A stretch of DNA of 64,000 nucleotides, taken from the NCBI GenBank assembly GCA_026461075.1, contig JAPJNH010000042.1, positions 40,166-104,165 of the forward strand, written 5' to 3'. The notes beneath the pieces are model-generated. The model ran no database searches, was not told the DNA's origin, and saw only the letters and a list, made by a program, of their open reading frames with translations. Position 1 is the stretch's first letter. Every line of letters starts with the position of its first letter. Shown here piece after piece: positions 10,721 through 19,824 of the stretch. The translations under genes and the position numbers were made by a program. Source of the stretch: Chitinophagales bacterium (GTDB taxonomy: Bacteria > Bacteroidota > Bacteroidia > Chitinophagales > CAIODY01).

Positions 10721-11876
10721 ATTTTTTTTGTTTCTAAGTGTTTTCACACTTATAACATGGAATGCGTGTCGTAAGGCGGAAACAAATGCTTCATCGGCAT
10801 GTACGGTAGAGGCGCCTAAAAGTCATCCTAAATCTGTCGCCTTTCAATCCTTGATGGATGAGGCTACGAAAGCCGGATTGCCTGGTATGAGCTTATTGAT
10901 CGCTGATTCAAATGGCGTCTGGTACGGAGCTTCCGGTATGGCTGATATCGAATCTAATATAGCCTATCAACCTTGCTCGGTACAAAAATTAGGTAGCATT
11001 ACAAAAATGATGATGGCGGTAATGGTGATGAAATTGGTGGAAGAAGGCAAAGTAAATATCGATGATAAAGTCTCGAAATGGTTGGATGCAAAGACTATTG
11101 ATGGTATTGCCAATGCAGATCAAGTAACGCTCCGCAATTTAATGCAACATGCCACTGGTATTTATGATATCATTCGTAGCAGCGATTTCTATTTGGCGGT
11201 TTTACATAATCCAAATAAGCACTGGACTGGCGAGGAATTACTGACTTATGTAAGAGGGCAGGCTGCGGTATTTACAGCTAATACAGAAGTGCGTTATTCA
11301 AATACCAACACTTTGCTTTTAAGCATGTGCATCGAAAAAATTACGGGCCGTCCGCACAATGAATTACTACATGAAAAGGTGATTGACCCAATCGGGATGA
11401 CGAATACCTATTATCATACACATGATGCATTACCAGCCATTACTGCGCAAGGATACTATGATTTGTATAATAAAGGGACCGTTTCTAATGTTAGCAACAT
11501 CGTAACAGGAAGTGGAAATGGGTTTACGGGTGTTTATAGCAATGTCTTCGATTTGCAGAAATTCGTGAAGGCGGTCTTTATCAATAAGACTATTCTCAAG
11601 CAAAGCACTTTGGATACCATGATGCAATGGAAGCAGAACTCGCCAGATACCGACTTTGGTTTAGGTTTATTTAGGAAGAGCCTTGGAACTAATAGCACTG
11701 AATACCGAATTGGTCATACCGGAGGCGATTTAGGTTATGCCTGCGAGATGTATTATTTCCCGCATAACGGCCGATACTTTATTTTGTGTGTCAATTATGG
11801 CACAGACAGCGATAGCTACTTAAAACCGACTTATGTGCAATTGGTGAAGGATATCGTGACGGAGATGAAGAAGTAA
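10707..11876 (+). CDS. Serine hydrolase of the beta-lactamase / class C (AmpC-like) fold, lipoprotein
   Basis: SxxK (SVQK) and YxN (YSN) motifs. Lipobox LITWNAC after the ATG at 10707. The track start at 10680 would overlap the upstream gene and precede the signal peptide. Confidence 0.8.
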   Translation: MRLNKFFLFLSVFTLITWNACRKAETNASSACTVEAPKSHPKSVAFQSLMDEATKAGLPGMSLLIADSNGVWYGASGMADIESNIAYQPCSVQKLGSITKMMMAVMVMKLVEEGKVNIDDKVSKWLDAKTIDGIANADQVTLRNLMQHATGIYDIIRSSDFYLAVLHNPNKHWTGEELLTYVRGQAAVFTANTEVRYSNTNTLLLSMCIEKITGRPHNELLHEKVIDPIGMTNTYYHTHDALPAITAQGYYDLYNKGTVSNVSNIVTGSGNGFTGVYSNVFDLQKFVKAVFINKTILKQSTLDTMMQWKQNSPDTDFGLGLFRKSLGTNSTEYRIGHTGGDLGYACEMYYFPHNGRYFILCVNYGTDSDSYLKPTYVQLVKDIVTEMKK

Positions 11877-11879
11877 TGC
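11796..11879 (+). repeat. Direct repeat DR1-left (the functional 3' end of the hydrolase gene)
   Basis: 84 nt. 80/84 identical to 12747-12830 by hand alignment. Confidence 0.9.
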
Positions 11880-11899
11880 GGATACTTTATTTATAAGTA

Positions 11900-12622
11900 T
11901 TAATGACCCAATATCATTTTTCTGGTGCCCTCCTTTCCTACATTAAATAAAGTATCTATTATGGAAAGATTGGCAACGAATGGACCGTTAATTTGTGTGT
12001 ATTCTTGAGGGGTATAATCGGAGTAAATTAGCTCAATATTTTTTTTTATAAATACGTCCTCTTGATTATATTTTCTAGCTCCTGTTCCGGATAAATATTT
12101 ATTAGCTTTGAAATGTAAGCAAATGTTTAAGTTACGTTCGTTTTGTGTTCCTAAACTTCCATCATCAAAATGCGAAGCAATTTTAATGGTTGTGTGGATA
12201 TTTAATTGATTCAATATCCATAAGATTATTTTGGTGTTGAACGCCGCTAAATTTGATGCAGGCTCTAAATAAAGTTTTTCTAATTCTGGATAAAATTCTT
12301 TGAAATAGGGTGCCTTGAAATACGCGTCTTTTATTTGATTTAAGTGCTTTAAATGCCATTTGGTGCTATAATCAAGTTCTAATTCATTGTAATTCTGAAA
12401 TGCTCCTTTCGATTTTTTTACAGATACAGACAGTAATACTTTTTCACCCGTTTTACCTTTGATGTAATTTCGAGCTGCAGGACTTTCTTTAGGAAATTGA
12501 ACATTATCAAGAAAAACGAATGTATCACTATGGGCAATTTTATAAAAATAGCCTAGCCATGGGATATAGTTGGGTTGGTGTATAGCTATAATACAAGAAG
12601 TATCTTTTGAATTTGCAGTCAT
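11900..12622 (-). CDS. WbqC-family protein
   Basis: N-terminal IHQPNYIPWLGYFYKI motif and an overall length of ~240 aa, typical of the WbqC-like family seen in O-antigen/glycan clusters. No other glycan gene lies next to it here. Confidence 0.7.
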   Translation of the reverse strand: MTANSKDTSCIIAIHQPNYIPWLGYFYKIAHSDTFVFLDNVQFPKESPAARNYIKGKTGEKVLLSVSVKKSKGAFQNYNELELDYSTKWHLKHLNQIKDAYFKAPYFKEFYPELEKLYLEPASNLAAFNTKIILWILNQLNIHTTIKIASHFDDGSLGTQNERNLNICLHFKANKYLSGTGARKYNQEDVFIKKNIELIYSDYTPQEYTQINGPFVANLSIIDTLFNVGKEGTRKMILGH

Positions 12623-12746
12623 TCTTTATTTTATAATTCAATGCTCAAATGGTTTGAAACAACTTAAACCTCGCACTAAGATAGGTGTTTTAAACCACAT
12701 TAGAAATCAAAACTCAAGTCATTCAGCGAGAATTAATTTCAGTCTA

Positions 12747-12830
12747 TATGGCACAGACAGCGATAGCTATTTAAAACCGACGTATGTGCAATTGGTGAAG
12801 GATATCGTGACGGAGATGAAAAAGTGATGC
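12747..12830 (+). pseudogene. Direct repeat DR1-right: orphan duplicate of the last 26 codons plus stop of the hydrolase gene
   Basis: Encodes YGTDSDSYLKPTYVQLVKDIVTEMKK*, identical in protein to the end of 10707..11876. The upstream part of track ORF 12570..12827 has no similarity to the hydrolase. Confidence 0.85.
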
Positions 12831-12890
12831 CTAGTATAAATCTAATTTCTTTGAAAGAAAGAAGATTGATTCAGCAATTAAACTACTTGC

Positions 12891-13343
12891 TTAGTTGAAT
12901 TGCTGCTTTTGTAATTCTACCAGTTTTACAATTGATGAAACAATATTGGCAAAAACAGTTTTGTTCCCTTTGTAAAAGTAATCGGTAGCTCCGTTACGGA
13001 TAGTTTCAATGGCAATCTCTAAATCGTCTTGACCTGAAACCATCATGACTACCGCAAATTTGTTTTTTTGTTTGATAGCTTTTAAAATGTCGATTCCAGT
13101 TAAATTACTGTTTGAATCGAAATAATAATCTAGTATTATTATTCTAAAATCTTCAGCTGTAAAATCTTCTAAGAATGATTCCCCATTGGTATAAACATCC
13201 ATTCTCATTTTGCATTCATCATACAAAAAATCACCAAGCATGGTAGTAAAGGATAAGTCATCGTCTACTATTATGATTTTCGGCTTTTTGATACCCTCTG
13301 GTATCGCTTTCATTTTTTCTAAAGCTTCAAAAATTGTGATCAT
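12891..13343 (-). CDS. Orphan single-domain response regulator
   Basis: IIIVDDD, ILDYYF (acceptor Asp), MVSG and YFYKG motifs. No kinase is adjacent. Confidence 0.85.
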   Translation of the reverse strand: MITIFEALEKMKAIPEGIKKPKIIIVDDDLSFTTMLGDFLYDECKMRMDVYTNGESFLEDFTAEDFRIIILDYYFDSNSNLTGIDILKAIKQKNKFAVVMMVSGQDDLEIAIETIRNGATDYFYKGNKTVFANIVSSIVKLVELQKQQFN

Positions 13344-13574
13344 GATTAGGGAACTATTGTTGACTGAACGAGCGAATGACGAGTTAAAACTAAAAATTTA
13401 TTTTTGGAATATAAGGAGCTAATGGTGGTTTTGTTTTCCAGTGTGGATGATATTAATTATTTTATTATTTTTAAGAATAATTCTATTTGCAATGAAAAAC
13501 TTTAAGGCTTGATTTTTAAACTTGATTGCTTTTATTGATAAAAATGAATTAGAATCGTACTTAATTGCTTTAAA

Positions 13575-14018
13575 TTGAAACAAAACATCCATTCTCACTT
13601 TCTTCAACTAGCATCTGGCAAAGTTCAATTGCTGCAAAAGTGTTTGGAGGATTTGAAAGAAAGTGCCACTAACGAAACCAAAAGCACCGCAGGCGATAAA
13701 TACGAAACGGCTTTAGCTATGCTTCAAATCGAGCAAGCCAATATTGGTAAGCAATTAGAAGAAGCCTTAGTACAACTTCGTTTTTTTGAAAAGTTGAATC
13801 CGCAAATTATCACTATAAAAATCACAAACGGAAGTTTAGTAAAAACCAATAGAGGATACTTTTATGTTAGTGTTGCTTTGGGAAAGGCAATGATTGATGG
13901 CGTTGAAATTATAGCATTATCAATGCTTTCGCCATTAGGCAATAAATTTAAGGGTTTAAAACCAGGAGATCAATTTGAATTGAACGGAAATCTGTTTTTG
14001 ATTGAAAGTGTTTACTAG
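13575..14018 (+). CDS. GreA/GreB-like protein (coiled-coil N-terminus, Gre C-terminal-like domain), TTG start
   Basis: The C-terminal segment IIALSMLSPLGNKFKGLKPGDQFELNG resembles the GreA C-terminal SPxGxALxGxxxGD motif. The start codon is uncertain. Confidence 0.55.
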   Translation: MKQNIHSHFLQLASGKVQLLQKCLEDLKESATNETKSTAGDKYETALAMLQIEQANIGKQLEEALVQLRFFEKLNPQIITIKITNGSLVKTNRGYFYVSVALGKAMIDGVEIIALSMLSPLGNKFKGLKPGDQFELNGNLFLIESVY

Positions 14019-14042
14019 AATCAAAAGTGATTATTCTCCTTC

Positions 14043-14140
14043 CTTGTGCATAGTGCAAGCCATGAAAAATGCGGGGAAAATGTAATTCAATTCCCCTAAA
14101 ACAAAAAAGCCTTTCTTTTCAGAAAGGCTTCTTGTGATCC
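14043..14140. repeat. Repeat copy A: 98-nt duplicate of the spacer, terminator and first nt of the tRNA-Lys 3' end
   Basis: 93/98 identical to 20268-20365. It contains the hairpin AGCCTTTCT-TTTC-AGAAAGGCT flanked by A-run and T-run, a bidirectional terminator between 13575..14018 (+) and 14198..15799 (-). Confidence 0.9.
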
Positions 14141-14197
14141 TAACATTACCAGATTTCTTGTTTTATTCGGTAACATTTATAAGTGAATTAAACACAC

Positions 14198-15799
14198 TTA
14201 AAAATGTTCAAACTTCTGTAAGGAAAGTCTCTTCCCATTTTTACTAAACATAGCAAAATACTGGCCGGGCAATAATTTGGAGATATTGATAGTTTGTTGG
14301 CTTTGCGTTAGCTCATAAGTGCTTATTTGCTTGCCAACCAGATCATACACCGTGAATTGAATAGGAAAGCCTATTTGATTGTCTTTAATTTTAATACTTA
14401 ACTCATCACTGCTTGGGTTGGGATACAGTAGTATATTTAATGCTTGCGTGTTAGAAGCAGTAGGCGGATCAAATAGGCCTGTCTCCACACCACAATCATT
14501 TGGACTAAGACAACCATCAGGGCTTAGACGAAGCAGCCAGCCTTGTTGACTGATAAAATTGGGAGCGACTTTTTGAATAAATATATTGCCTAATACTATA
14601 ATTGAACCATCAGAAAGGTAATCAAAATCATCAAATTCATCAGTAGTTAAAAAATTTGGAATAGGGTGGCTTCCAATATAATTTCGTTCCCAGGTAGTAT
14701 TGCCTAATGTATCTGTTTTGACAAGAAATCCGTAAAACCCTGAAATAGAGGTATCTTTTGAATTTACATGTCTTTCGCCTACCATTAAAAGGTTGCCTTG
14801 ATTAGGGACTTGTTTTATTTTATTTAAGCCAAAATACTCTGTTGTGTCTGCGTAGGTCTGTTTATATAATCGCTGATAATTACTATTAAATTTATAAAAT
14901 GATGGTTTTAGATAAGCGTTACCACTGCCATTGGGGTAAGAAAATCTGTTTATGATGTGTTTCCCACAGCCATAAAATCTGTTATTAAAGAAGATGGTTG
15001 ATTGAGAAGCATAGGCATTACTATCAGAATAATTGTGAGTTGTTACTAAGTTGCATGCGGTGTCTAATTCATAAATGTAGTTAATAGTATGTATGTGATA
15101 AATAGGGTCAGTAATATTCAAGTTACTATCTCCAGAAACTGTTAGATATAGTTTGTTGTTGTGAAATAAGATTGAATTAGTATAAATATTTGACCTATCA
15201 AACAATGAATCAATAGTTTTATGTACGAAATTTCCATTGCTATCTGTTTTAATAATAAATGGATGTGTGGGGTGGTGTTCGTAAATTGTTTTAAGTTCTT
15301 TTTGTGTAACACCTGCTATGTAAAAATTTTTTGTTGCATCCATTGTTAAACAATATCCTGAGTATATCTGAACTGCGGTATCTTTAGCATCAAACAGTAG
15401 AGTGCCATTTAAATTAGTATCTACTTTTAAGAGAAATACATGGAATGGGGGGCGATAATTAGAGTTTGAATTGGTATCAATTAAATAACCTGTAAGATAA
15501 ATATTTTTCTTCCAAATCAATTCACTATTTCCTTGTGGAACAAATTGCATAATTCCACTTTTTCTATAATATTTATATTGGATAAGGTTTCCATTTGCAT
15601 CAAATTTTGCCACAAAGGTTTTTAAACTATTAAAAGTGCTATCATTAGTGTAACCTGTTACATAAATATTGTTATCTATCACATTTATAGCAGTAGTAAC
15701 TACAGCTTGACTATCTAATACAAATGTTTTGCTGAAGTTTTGTGCAAGCAAATAATTAGCTTGTAACAATAACATTAATAGAATTATTTTTCTCATCAT
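14198..15799 (-). CDS. T9SS cargo protein with repeated beta-propeller-like units
   Basis: Signal peptide from MMRKIILLMLLLQANYLLAQ. The track start at 15832 lies inside a hairpin loop, so the ATG at 15799 is preferred. Repeated D.NGN motifs. C-terminal LYPNPSSDELSI... sorting domain. Confidence 0.75.
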   Translation of the reverse strand: MMRKIILLMLLLQANYLLAQNFSKTFVLDSQAVVTTAINVIDNNIYVTGYTNDSTFNSLKTFVAKFDANGNLIQYKYYRKSGIMQFVPQGNSELIWKKNIYLTGYLIDTNSNSNYRPPFHVFLLKVDTNLNGTLLFDAKDTAVQIYSGYCLTMDATKNFYIAGVTQKELKTIYEHHPTHPFIIKTDSNGNFVHKTIDSLFDRSNIYTNSILFHNNKLYLTVSGDSNLNITDPIYHIHTINYIYELDTACNLVTTHNYSDSNAYASQSTIFFNNRFYGCGKHIINRFSYPNGSGNAYLKPSFYKFNSNYQRLYKQTYADTTEYFGLNKIKQVPNQGNLLMVGERHVNSKDTSISGFYGFLVKTDTLGNTTWERNYIGSHPIPNFLTTDEFDDFDYLSDGSIIVLGNIFIQKVAPNFISQQGWLLRLSPDGCLSPNDCGVETGLFDPPTASNTQALNILLYPNPSSDELSIKIKDNQIGFPIQFTVYDLVGKQISTYELTQSQQTINISKLLPGQYFAMFSKNGKRLSLQKFEHF

Positions 15800-15812
15800 T
15801 GAATACATTAAT

Positions 15813-15850
15813 CTTACCTTCCCCCTATCCATTGATAGGGGGAAGGTAAG
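15813..15850. other. Perfect 16-bp GC-rich inverted repeat (hairpin) between two cargo genes
   Basis: CTTACCTTCCCCCTAT-ccattg-ATAGGGGGAAGGTAAG, read directly from the sequence. Confidence 0.8.
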
Positions 15851-15865
15851 GAATTAATTTAAAAT

Positions 15866-16957
15866 TTATTTTTGAATAATGAAATTGCCTTGACCGATTA
15901 TATTATTATCGCAAATCAGTTTATAGTAATATGTCCCATCTACAAATTGAGAAGCGTTGATAATTTTTAGGGATTGTGTGCCTGTTACTTCTTCTATTAA
16001 AACATTTACACCTTGGGTATTGAATACTTCAAGATGTGCTGCATAGTTGCATGGTACTTTGTATTCAAAGGCTACATAACTGTTGGATGGGTTAGGATAC
16101 ACTTTTACGTAATTTTTAATATCGGTAATAGGTTTTGTAACTTTTGCTTTTGGTTCAGATTTACGCATTTCAGCTTCATCTGGTATTTCAGGATAATTTC
16201 TATAATTACCATCATAAAAGAAATTTATTACGTTTTTAGCTTTTGTGCCTGCTAAGCTACTATGGCTATCAGCAAATTTTTTTAGGTCGGCAAGGTTTTG
16301 ACTGCTTAATTCATTCATGCTTTGCTCCGATTTCAGCCAACTGATTTTTAAATTTAACCAATCTCTAAAATCGGTTTGCTCGGTTTGCTGTTTTTCATCT
16401 AAAGTATATTTGAGTGGGATGCTATCGGTAATTGTGTTTGCTGTTGCAATATCTCCATCTTCGAGATATTCTTCAGCCAACATCATATCGGCTTCAGGAT
16501 TTTGTAATAATACTAACCAATGCCGATGAGTATTATTGTCGAAACCAATAGAATCATTTTGCTGGCTATAGCTTACCTCACGATAGGTTTGCATCATATT
16601 GCTAACGGCTGCTGCATCATTGCGATTAAGAATAGTACGATAGGTAACTTGGTCGGCATTAGCGGTGATAGCTTCATACATCCATTCAGGAAATTGACTT
16701 TGCTCTACCATTTCTCTTAAATGGTCGTCAAATGCTGGTTGACGTGTTACATCAGGGTTTGCCATTAAAATTTCAAACACCACAGCATCGCCAAAAATGC
16801 TTATTTGATTGCATAACTCAAACAAGGCATCCATACTTAAGAATGGCGATTGATTTAATAACTCTAATCTACGTGCTTGCACTTCGGGTGCTAAGGTGGT
16901 GGCAACTTGGTCAACTAATTGAACGGTATTCCCATTATCAATTAGGCTGTTGAGCAT
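15866..16957 (-). CDS. T9SS cargo gene remnant lacking a signal peptide (probably 5'-truncated)
   Basis: C-terminal VYPNPSNSYVAFEY... sorting domain, but the N-terminus MLNSLIDNGN has no signal peptide. The frame stays open upstream of the first ATG until a stop at 17009-17011, inside repeat copy B. Confidence 0.6.
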   Translation of the reverse strand: MLNSLIDNGNTVQLVDQVATTLAPEVQARRLELLNQSPFLSMDALFELCNQISIFGDAVVFEILMANPDVTRQPAFDDHLREMVEQSQFPEWMYEAITANADQVTYRTILNRNDAAAVSNMMQTYREVSYSQQNDSIGFDNNTHRHWLVLLQNPEADMMLAEEYLEDGDIATANTITDSIPLKYTLDEKQQTEQTDFRDWLNLKISWLKSEQSMNELSSQNLADLKKFADSHSSLAGTKAKNVINFFYDGNYRNYPEIPDEAEMRKSEPKAKVTKPITDIKNYVKVYPNPSNSYVAFEYKVPCNYAAHLEVFNTQGVNVLIEEVTGTQSLKIINASQFVDGTYYYKLICDNNIIGQGNFIIQK

Positions 16958-16995
16958 ATTATCGTAATAATAATGTTGCCCTTTTTGATAGTTGA

Positions 16996-17044
16996 AATCT
17001 GTTTCTTTTCAGAAAGGCTTCTTGTGATCCCGCTGGGACTCGAA
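16996..17044. repeat. Repeat copy B: half terminator plus the last 20 nt of tRNA-Lys
   Basis: 17002-17044 matches 20337-20379 at 42/43 positions. Its single difference from copy C (C instead of T) is shared with copy A. Confidence 0.9.
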
Positions 17045-17382
17045 AAGGAATTTTAATAATGCTGTTAAATTTCGAATCGTTGAACAGTTGCCTTGCGCAT
17101 TAGGCATATATTAGTTAAAAGTGAAAGCCATTTGTTGTTTTATATACTTCAAGAATTTTTTTTGAAAAAAATGTTTTAAATATAAATTACTTAAAAACAA
17201 TTATTTAACGTCATTAAATGCAAAAAAAAACTATTGCTCATTTCTAGGGTATTGCATATATTAATAATGTAATGTACATTGTGCAAAGCCTTGGCATGTA
17301 CTCCTCTTGCTAAGACTAAACAATAAGCCTATTTCTTTCAAAACCTTTGAAATTATTAATCACTAACTAAATAGCATTTAGA

Positions 17383-19824
17383 ATGAAAAATCTACTAATA
17401 ATTATTTTTACTTTAATCGCGTTTAAGTCATTCGCGCAAATGCCACCAACCAATACCATTGGCGATTGGCAATGGTCGAGTAACTATGCAACAAGTTGGG
17501 ATAAACAAAATTATATGCCCGACTATTCAAATACAATACTTTATGTCCATGAGGATTCCTTTTCCAATGTTATAAGTGTAGGAATTACAACAAAACATAC
17601 CATACTAAAAAACTTAAATGGGCTCCACACAGGTTATGATTCTATTTATCCTAGTGACAAAATTGGACAGATGGGTGGAATCATTACAAAATATGATTGT
17701 GCAGGAATGGTAATATGGTCGCATTTAATTGGGGTTAAAAAAAGTTTTTCAAGTGCTGGTCGCTTATATATGGCAGATGCTTTAACTGACGAAGGTGGTA
17801 ATACTTACCTATATATTTGTTGTGAATCGGCTGACTTTTTGGATACTGTATGGTTTGGAAATAAAGTGCTTGCGATGCCCTATAGCACGAATTCGCCTAA
17901 TTACAGAAATATAATGACAAAAATTGATGCGAATGGGAATATTGCATGGGTAAAAGACTTTCAAGACGATTTCTTAATTAATAATTATTTAACATTAGCC
18001 CCTCATCAAAATAAACATTTTACAGCTTGGAGGTACACTATGACAGATTTTTATGATATTGGAAAAGGAGCGCATATGTTTAGTTTGTTGAATGACACTA
18101 TTCATTTTTTTGGAATGATTGATTCTACTTTCATTTTATTTCCGAACAATAACTTACATCCTCCAACTTGCCAATGGCCCGCAGCTGCTCGTCAACCGAC
18201 CCTTTTGGAAATTGCTGCACAATCAGGGAGCTTACTTAATAAATATCAATTTGTTCCTAGAAAATATTTGGGAGATACTACCTTATGGTCTTTGTATGAC
18301 TTAAAAGCAAACTTCGAGAATCTAGGACATGGGGAATTTAGAGCTATTATTGCAATTTCACCTACAGGACCAAAAAGTATGTGGGATTCATTACCGCCAA
18401 CTCCATTTTTGGACGCAATACTTTTAGGACGTAATTTTCCACTTTATATTAGAGGTGGTGCTCCTGAAGATTCGTATCGAAGATATTTCTCTTTAACCTT
18501 TACAAAAACGCATTTGATTTCAATTAATTTTTTAGGAGATTCAGTAGCAATTATTGATGCACAAAGTCATCCGAATATGCCACGTTATGAATTATTGGTC
18601 AGTGGCTCCCGAAACACAAAAATACTGGGCACTAATTTAGCTTTAAAATCTAAAGTAAAATCGAATGAACTTAGGCAACAAGACTATATTAATCAAGGCA
18701 CTCCATATTGGGCCTCACCTCTCGCTGTAACTGAAAGTGAAGGTGTTTTACAGCTAGGAAAAAATGATCAGTTAAATAGAATTATTCAAACCGATTCAAG
18801 TAATTTTGAGTTTTTTAGAAGCGTAGCATGTATTAAAAATCCTATTGCCTCTATTTATTCTATGGAATCCTATGCTACATTTACAACAACATTACCAGCA
18901 GAGGTAGCAATTCAAGGTTATAAAATAACGACTTCCAATATTATTGGGCAAGGGGGACTGATTCAATTCGATGGTAATTCAGGACAGATAATCAATCAAA
19001 ATCTAAGTAATAAACAGCTTAGCCGAGTTATCCCGTCAAACTATCCTGAGTTCCCTATGTGGCATTACTCAGAAATTTATCAATCAGAAAAAGGAAATAT
19101 TTACTATTATGGTCATTTACTTGGTGGTTGGAAAATAACTATCCCTGGGGACGACACAACAAAAGGTCAAAGTTCATCCAGTTTTCCTTATCCAGATGCA
19201 GACGCTTTGTTTATTAAATTCGGTAATAAATGCGGTATCAATTCAGATACCGTTACGGTGGCGCCATTAGAGCCAAGCTGGCTAAGCGCCAGCTGCTCAG
19301 ATGAAACAGGTATTGTACTTAAATGGGATGATAACTCCCATACAGAAATTGGGTATAAGATATATCGAGCAGTGAATAAAGGTTCCTATTCTTTACTTTG
19401 TACTTTACCTGCCAATTCAAAGGGTTATACAGATCATCTAGTAATACCTGCTTCAACGTACCACTACAAAGTGTATGCTTATAATCGTATAGACACCAGC
19501 TTTGCAGCTACGGTTAGTAAAACGCTTTGTTATGCCGATGGCACTGAGAATATCAATCCATTACAAACAAATGGAAGAATTTACCCAAATCCAAGTGCTA
19601 CTAATCATTTTACGGTGCTATACAATGCTACGCAAAATGAAACCGCAATCTTACGTGTAGTTAGTTTAAACGGTGCATTACTTTATGAAAGTAAAGTTGC
19701 AATCAATCCTAACGCTAATAGTTACGAAGTAGTATTGCCTAGCACCACACCTGCAGGAACGTATTTAGTTAGTTTAATTGGTACACAAACTATATATCAA
19801 GATAAAGTTGTGTTGGTGAAATAA
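17383..19824 (+). CDS. Large T9SS cargo protein with an FN3 domain
   Basis: Signal peptide MKNLLIIIFTLIAFKSFAQ. FN3-like LKWDDNSHTEIGYKIYRA...YHYKVYAYN. C-terminal IYPNPSATNHFTV... sorting domain. A terminator hairpin follows at ~19857-19890. Confidence 0.8.
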   Translation: MKNLLIIIFTLIAFKSFAQMPPTNTIGDWQWSSNYATSWDKQNYMPDYSNTILYVHEDSFSNVISVGITTKHTILKNLNGLHTGYDSIYPSDKIGQMGGIITKYDCAGMVIWSHLIGVKKSFSSAGRLYMADALTDEGGNTYLYICCESADFLDTVWFGNKVLAMPYSTNSPNYRNIMTKIDANGNIAWVKDFQDDFLINNYLTLAPHQNKHFTAWRYTMTDFYDIGKGAHMFSLLNDTIHFFGMIDSTFILFPNNNLHPPTCQWPAAARQPTLLEIAAQSGSLLNKYQFVPRKYLGDTTLWSLYDLKANFENLGHGEFRAIIAISPTGPKSMWDSLPPTPFLDAILLGRNFPLYIRGGAPEDSYRRYFSLTFTKTHLISINFLGDSVAIIDAQSHPNMPRYELLVSGSRNTKILGTNLALKSKVKSNELRQQDYINQGTPYWASPLAVTESEGVLQLGKNDQLNRIIQTDSSNFEFFRSVACIKNPIASIYSMESYATFTTTLPAEVAIQGYKITTSNIIGQGGLIQFDGNSGQIINQNLSNKQLSRVIPSNYPEFPMWHYSEIYQSEKGNIYYYGHLLGGWKITIPGDDTTKGQSSSSFPYPDADALFIKFGNKCGINSDTVTVAPLEPSWLSASCSDETGIVLKWDDNSHTEIGYKIYRAVNKGSYSLLCTLPANSKGYTDHLVIPASTYHYKVYAYNRIDTSFAATVSKTLCYADGTENINPLQTNGRIYPNPSATNHFTVLYNATQNETAILRVVSLNGALLYESKVAINPNANSYEVVLPSTTPAGTYLVSLIGTQTIYQDKVVLVK

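Noticed and set aside
12570-12827. Track ORF of 85 aa that looks like a small gene
   Set aside because: Only its last 26 codons are meaningful, as they duplicate the hydrolase C-terminus. The upstream part runs antisense over the WbqC start region and promoter and has no coding character. I treat it as a chimeric remnant.
14061-14084. 7-codon mini-ORF (MKNAGKM / MKNVGKM) conserved in repeat copies A and C
   Set aside because: It is too short, has no ribosome-binding context that I can evaluate, and its conservation is explained by the DNA repeat itself.
14141-14155. Possible heavily deleted tRNA remnant after copy A (GATCC-TAACATTA-CCAG against tRNA GATCC...CAACATTA...CCAG)
   Set aside because: The matches are only 7 and 4 nt and could be chance, which is too weak to claim.
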